DNA from: Callorhinchus milii
Taxonomy: Eukaryota
Assembly: GCF_018977255.1 (NCBI RefSeq)
Contig: NW_024704742.1
Span: 64,358,001 to 64,422,000 of the forward strand
DNA length: 64,000 nt
Reading direction: 5' to 3'
How positions within the stretch are numbered: the stretch's first letter is position 1; every line of letters begins with the position of its first letter. The notes beneath the pieces were generated by a model. It did no database searches, had not been told where the DNA came from, and saw only the letters and a program-made list of their open reading frames with translations. The position numbers were made by a program, and so were the translations under genes. Positions 63,014 to 64,000 of the stretch are shown in pieces.

Positions 63014-63660
63014 CTGAAGCACAACAGAAAAATGTAGTTATCTTGAGATAAAACTGAACTTAATAATAAGAATAATCCTTACATTTAATATAGAGCCTTA
63101 TCACGTCTTCAAGACGTCTCAAAGCTCTTCACAGAATGTACTGTAAAATGAAATGATTGTGGGAAACTTGGCAGTCAATTTTTTGCGCAGCAATGTCCCA
63201 CAAACATTAGAAGATTGTGTGACCAAATGTTTTTTTTAAAAGGGATTATTACCCTCAGAAAAGCGATCTGCCAATCGAATAACAACCGGGTTCCTACTTA
63301 CTGCTAGGTAAACAAAGGCATGTGGAGTAAGGAAACTTACACCTAACAATTCGCCCAGCCCGGGAATCAAACTTTTTTTGATGGTAACATAATTTTCCCA
63401 ACTTCACACATTGCATTGAAAATACTGAATATTTGGTATTTGCTTTTGGCTGCTGTACAAAGTTTCTATTTGCTTCATGTCTTACAGTTCTGAATTGTAT
63501 GTTTACATATTTTCAAAGCAACTTTACTAAAAAAAACTTTGTTAAATAAACTAATGTTTAATGGTCATTCTCGACTAACGTTGTCCATCTTACATCTGAG
63601 ACTAACTTCATTTTTTACTGCTGGAATCTTCTGGTTAAGTTAACTCCAGTTAAGTTAACT

Positions 63661-63980
63661 GGAGTCCTGTAGTTCAGTGGTTAGAGCACTCGCCTTGCAA
63701 GCAAGACACCTGGGTTCAATTCCAGGCAGAGCGAAACCTTGGGCAAGTTTCCTTACTCCACACAGAGCCTAATAATAATCCCTCCAAAAACAAAAAACAA
63801 TAATAAATTGGTCACTTTCAATCCACGACTGTTTGTGGGACACTGCTGTGCGAAATTGACTGCCACGTTTCGCCCACAAATATATGTTCAATTCACTTTA
63901 CAGCATATTCTGTAAAGCGCTTTGAGACGTCCTCCCGACGTGAAAAGCGCTATATCAAATGCAAGGATTATAATTATAAT
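63661..63980 (+). mobile_element. tRNA-derived Deu-domain SINE, short variant
   Basis: Closely matches the copy at 47359-47680. Confidence 0.88.
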
Positions 63981-64000
63981 CTAGAAGACGTGAAAAGCGC

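Noticed and set aside
63644..63664. 21-nt palindrome CTCCAGTTAAGTTAACTGGAG at a SINE 5' junction
   Set aside because: Short, and most simply explained as an insertion-junction rearrangement; no evidence of function.

Overview
Repeat-rich vertebrate genomic DNA. The tRNA-derived Deu-domain SINEs, L2 tails and CR1 fragments point to a cartilaginous fish, possibly a chimaera (inferred). Three genes can be reconstructed. (1) An intronless profilin on + (2343-2762) that most resembles mammalian PFN3. (2) A complete DOK7 gene on - (ATG at 54786). It has the seven canonical exons plus a phase-consistent chain of 7-8 further exons ending at 8715, which add a tyrosine-motif-rich tail (two YxxM, YVN, tandem SHP2-type motifs). 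(3) The last five exons of an HGFAC-like trypsin-family gene on - (63013-57996). Its frame is open, but the catalytic Ser is Ile (GDSGGP to VDIGGP), the R-IIGG activation site is lost and both inter-chain cysteines are lost, so it is a probable pseudo-protease. Most of the supplied six-frame ORFs are spurious, arising from SINE, LINE or minisatellite sequence. Comparisons with human proteins and gene order are from memory and need database confirmation. Repeat boundaries are approximate.
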